Part shown: in pieces, positions 63,846 to 64,000 of the stretch
Layout: the number at the start of each line of letters is the position of its first letter
How positions within the stretch are numbered: position 1 is the first letter of the stretch
Assembly (NCBI RefSeq): GCF_006345805.1
Contig: NC_043024.1
Location: forward strand, 1,860,001 to 1,924,000
Length of the DNA: 64,000 nucleotides
DNA from: Octopus sinensis
Taxonomy: Eukaryota
Direction: 5' to 3'
Position numbers and translations under genes: made by a program
The notes under the pieces: generated by a model
Told to the model about the DNA's origin: nothing
Seen by the model: the letters and a program-made list of their open reading frames with translations, nothing else
Databases searched by the model: none

Positions 63846-64000
63846 TACCTCAGGAACTATGCTGTTGTTTAGCCCTGGGTCACCTCAAACTGGATCAGCC
63901 CTATTATCAACAAATTCTGTCCGACCCATACAAACGGAGAAAAGTAAAACAATGATGAGGATAATGAGATCTCTGGGGAATTTGTCAGTAATTTTCTTTC

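Noticed and set aside
62471-64000. Search for the first EFTUD2 coding exons (MDxDLYDEFGNYIG, VVLHEDKKYYP)
   Set aside because: Not found; the region is mostly SINEs, so these exons should lie beyond the window

Overview
AT-rich, repeat-dense animal genomic DNA. The SINE families look like Octopus (coleoid cephalopod) repeats, recognised from memory with no search run. Two spliced minus-strand genes lie head-to-tail, both reconstructed by hand with GT-AG boundaries and consistent phases. (1) A complete INTS4 (Integrator subunit 4): 19 coding exons, 30045->6623, 2820 nt, 939 aa. (2) A 5'-partial EFTUD2 (U5-116 kDa/Snu114 spliceosomal GTPase): 24 visible exons, 62470->34560, with its first exons beyond the window and one apparent 1-nt deletion near 36880. 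Introns are filled with at least four SINE-like families, RTE and CR1-like LINE remnants, MITEs and micro/minisatellites. Most ORF-track entries are artefacts of these repeats. I cannot claim a new biological system with confidence. The best leads are: a composite retro-insertion carrying a copy of INTS4's own exon 12; a U12-type intron just upstream of that exon; a 37-bp minisatellite repeating the EFTUD2 5' splice site seven times next to the frameshift; tandem minimal hammerhead-ribozyme motifs on the EFTUD2 pre-mRNA strand; and a 41-bp-stem intronic hairpin. Repeat coordinates are approximate; exon coordinates were indexed base by base.
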